A DNA stretch of 63,819 bases, from contig JAJZRV010000001.1 in assembly GCA_021850135.1 (NCBI GenBank), positions 1 through 63,819 of the forward strand, given 5' to 3'. The notes below the pieces were generated by a model, which saw only the letters and a program-made list of their open reading frames with translations, searched no databases and had not been told where the DNA came from. A program made the translations under genes and the position numbers. This document shows, piece by piece, positions 63,401 to 63,819 of this stretch (position 1 is its first letter; each line of letters opens with the position of its first letter). The stretch is from Pseudomonadota bacterium (lineage in GTDB: Bacteria; Pseudomonadota; Gammaproteobacteria; Burkholderiales; Ferrovaceae).

Positions 63401-63819
63401 CCAGGGACATCACCAGCTCTTCGCGAATGGGGTCGATGGGGGGGTTGGTGACCTGGGCAAACAACTGTCTGAAATACTGGTAGAGCGACTTGGGCCGATT
63501 CGACAGTACGGCCAGGGGGGTGTCGTCACCCATGGAGCCGACGGCCTCCTGGCCGCTCGCCGCCATGGGGGCGAGCAGGAACTTGAGTTCCTCTTCGGTG
63601 TAGCCAAAAGCCTGTTGCCGATCCAGCAGCGCGACCTTCGACTCCTGGGGTGCCGCCGCGGGGGCCGCGGGCAGATCTTCGATGCGGGTCTGGGTTTTGG
63701 ACAGCCACTGGCGGTAGGGGTGCGCTGCCGACAGTTGTTGCTTGAGCTCGGCATCGCTGACGATGCGCCCCTGCTCCAGATCGATCAGGAGCATCTTGCC
63801 GGGCTGGAGACGCCATTTC
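60402..63819 (-). CDS. gltB: glutamate synthase large subunit (5' end lies outside the window)
   Basis: Over 1130 aa are open to the window edge. Contains the central FMN and C-terminal GXGXG beta-helix domains typical of GltB (e.g. [32 protein letters not shown]). Confidence 0.95.
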   Translation of the reverse strand, partial: KWRLQPGKMLLIDLEQGRIVSDAELKQQLSAAHPYRQWLSKTQTRIEDLPAAPAAAPQESKVALLDRQQAFGYTEEELKFLLAPMAASGQEAVGSMGDDTPLAVLSNRPKSLYQYFRQLFAQVTNPPIDPIREELVMSLVSFIGPRPNLLGFDAADPQPRLEVSQPVLTPEDMEKIRVISDFTQGQFRSATLSMCYPVAEGAAGMAGALETLCQSVLAAVRQGSNILILSDRDMDSGHLAIPALLATAAVHHHLVKNGLRTSTGIVVETGSAREVHHFALLAGYGAEAIHPYLAFETLAVMGHYLPQDLELKEARKRYVKAVSKGLLKVMSKMGISTYQSYCGAQIFEAIGLNSGFVKQYFVGTASTVEGIGLTEVAEESLRLHQQAFSDAPLYRDALDAGGEYAYRIRGEAHMWTPESISKLQNATRTGNYSTYREYAKAINDQSQRLMTLRGLFEIKHADQPIPLSEVEPAQSIVKRFATGAMSLGSISHEAHSTLAIAMNRIGGKSNTGEGGEDPQRFKPMPNGDSMRSAIKQVASGRFGVTAEYLVNADDIQIKMAQGAKPGEGGQLPGHKVSKYIGKLRHSVPGVGLISPPPHHDIYSIEDLAQLIHDLKNVNSGARISVKLVSEIGVGTIAAGVSKAHADHVTISGHDGGTGASPLSSIKYAGSPWELGLAETQQTLVLNRLRGRICVQADGQMKTGRDVVVGALLGADEFGFATAPLVVEGCIMMRKCHLNTCPVGVATQDPELIKKFTGQPEHVINYFFFVAEEVREYMAQMGFRTFDEMVGRVDMLDMKHGISHWKARGLDFSRIFHSPDMPGNVARSWKERQDHGLGQALDHQLIAQAKPALEQRQPVIIETAVRNVNRTIGAMLSGEVARRHGHAGLPDDTIVVHAHGTAGQSFGAFLAHGITLELEGEANDYVGKGLSGGRIVIYPAADCPIKPEENIIVGNTVLYGAVGGECYFRGVAGERFAVRNSGATAVVEGVGDHGCEYMTGGTVVVLGEAGRNFAAGMSGGVAYVLDEAGDFEHRCNLAMVELEPIPEEDSASEESRGNLDSHGKVKVNHLGERDCVLLKKLIENHLHYTNSSRARDILEHWDQYLPRFVKVMPMEYRRALMELAAEQQQDAERRADHHG

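Overview
This window is an origin-proximal chromosomal segment of a moderately GC-rich Gram-negative bacterium. The gene order looks betaproteobacterial, which is an inference from synteny only. Almost every base is covered by recognisable housekeeping genes. From left to right these are: accC(partial)-prmA-gcvH-tpx-PfkB kinase-PlsC-like acyltransferase; apaH and a membrane-anchored cytochrome c; tRNA-Arg(CCG); a secreted-type alpha/beta hydrolase and an AcpA/phospholipase-C-family lipoprotein; and an LPS core/O-antigen-type block (GT9, two AT3 acyltransferases, methyltransferase, GT-A, a fused propeller-like+GT2 protein, WaaL-like ligase, GT4). That block is joined on the same strand to ntrX-ntrY-DUF4390-rsmB-fmt-def. 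Next come dprA-smg-topA, a lone GT2, and gyrB-dnaN-dnaA diverging from rpmH-rnpA-yidD-yidC-mnmE. Two parS sites precede mnmG-rsmG-parA-parB-atpIBEFHAGDC-glmU. The window ends with dsbA, an FtsN-like SPOR protein, argS, priA, hemE, gltD and gltB(partial). I found no transposase, integrase, phage gene, CRISPR array or recognisable defence gene, and I cannot point to a clearly new multi-gene system. The observations most worth a second look are: (1) a parS site embedded in a 44-bp perfect palindrome next to a second parS copy; (2) an unusually long dnaA-dnaN spacer with two perfect inverted DnaA boxes, in addition to the DnaA-box/AT-rich region upstream of dnaA and a third DnaA-box/AT-rich spacer between hemE and priA; (3) translational coupling of an ATPase-degenerate NtrX (and a DUF4390-NtrY pair) to an envelope glycosylation block; (4) rnpA and glmU, whose conserved N-termini can only be encoded from CTG codons, and a hydrolase with no canonical start for its signal peptide; (5) a fused beta-propeller-like/GT2 protein. 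All family calls rest on motif recognition by eye; no database search was run.
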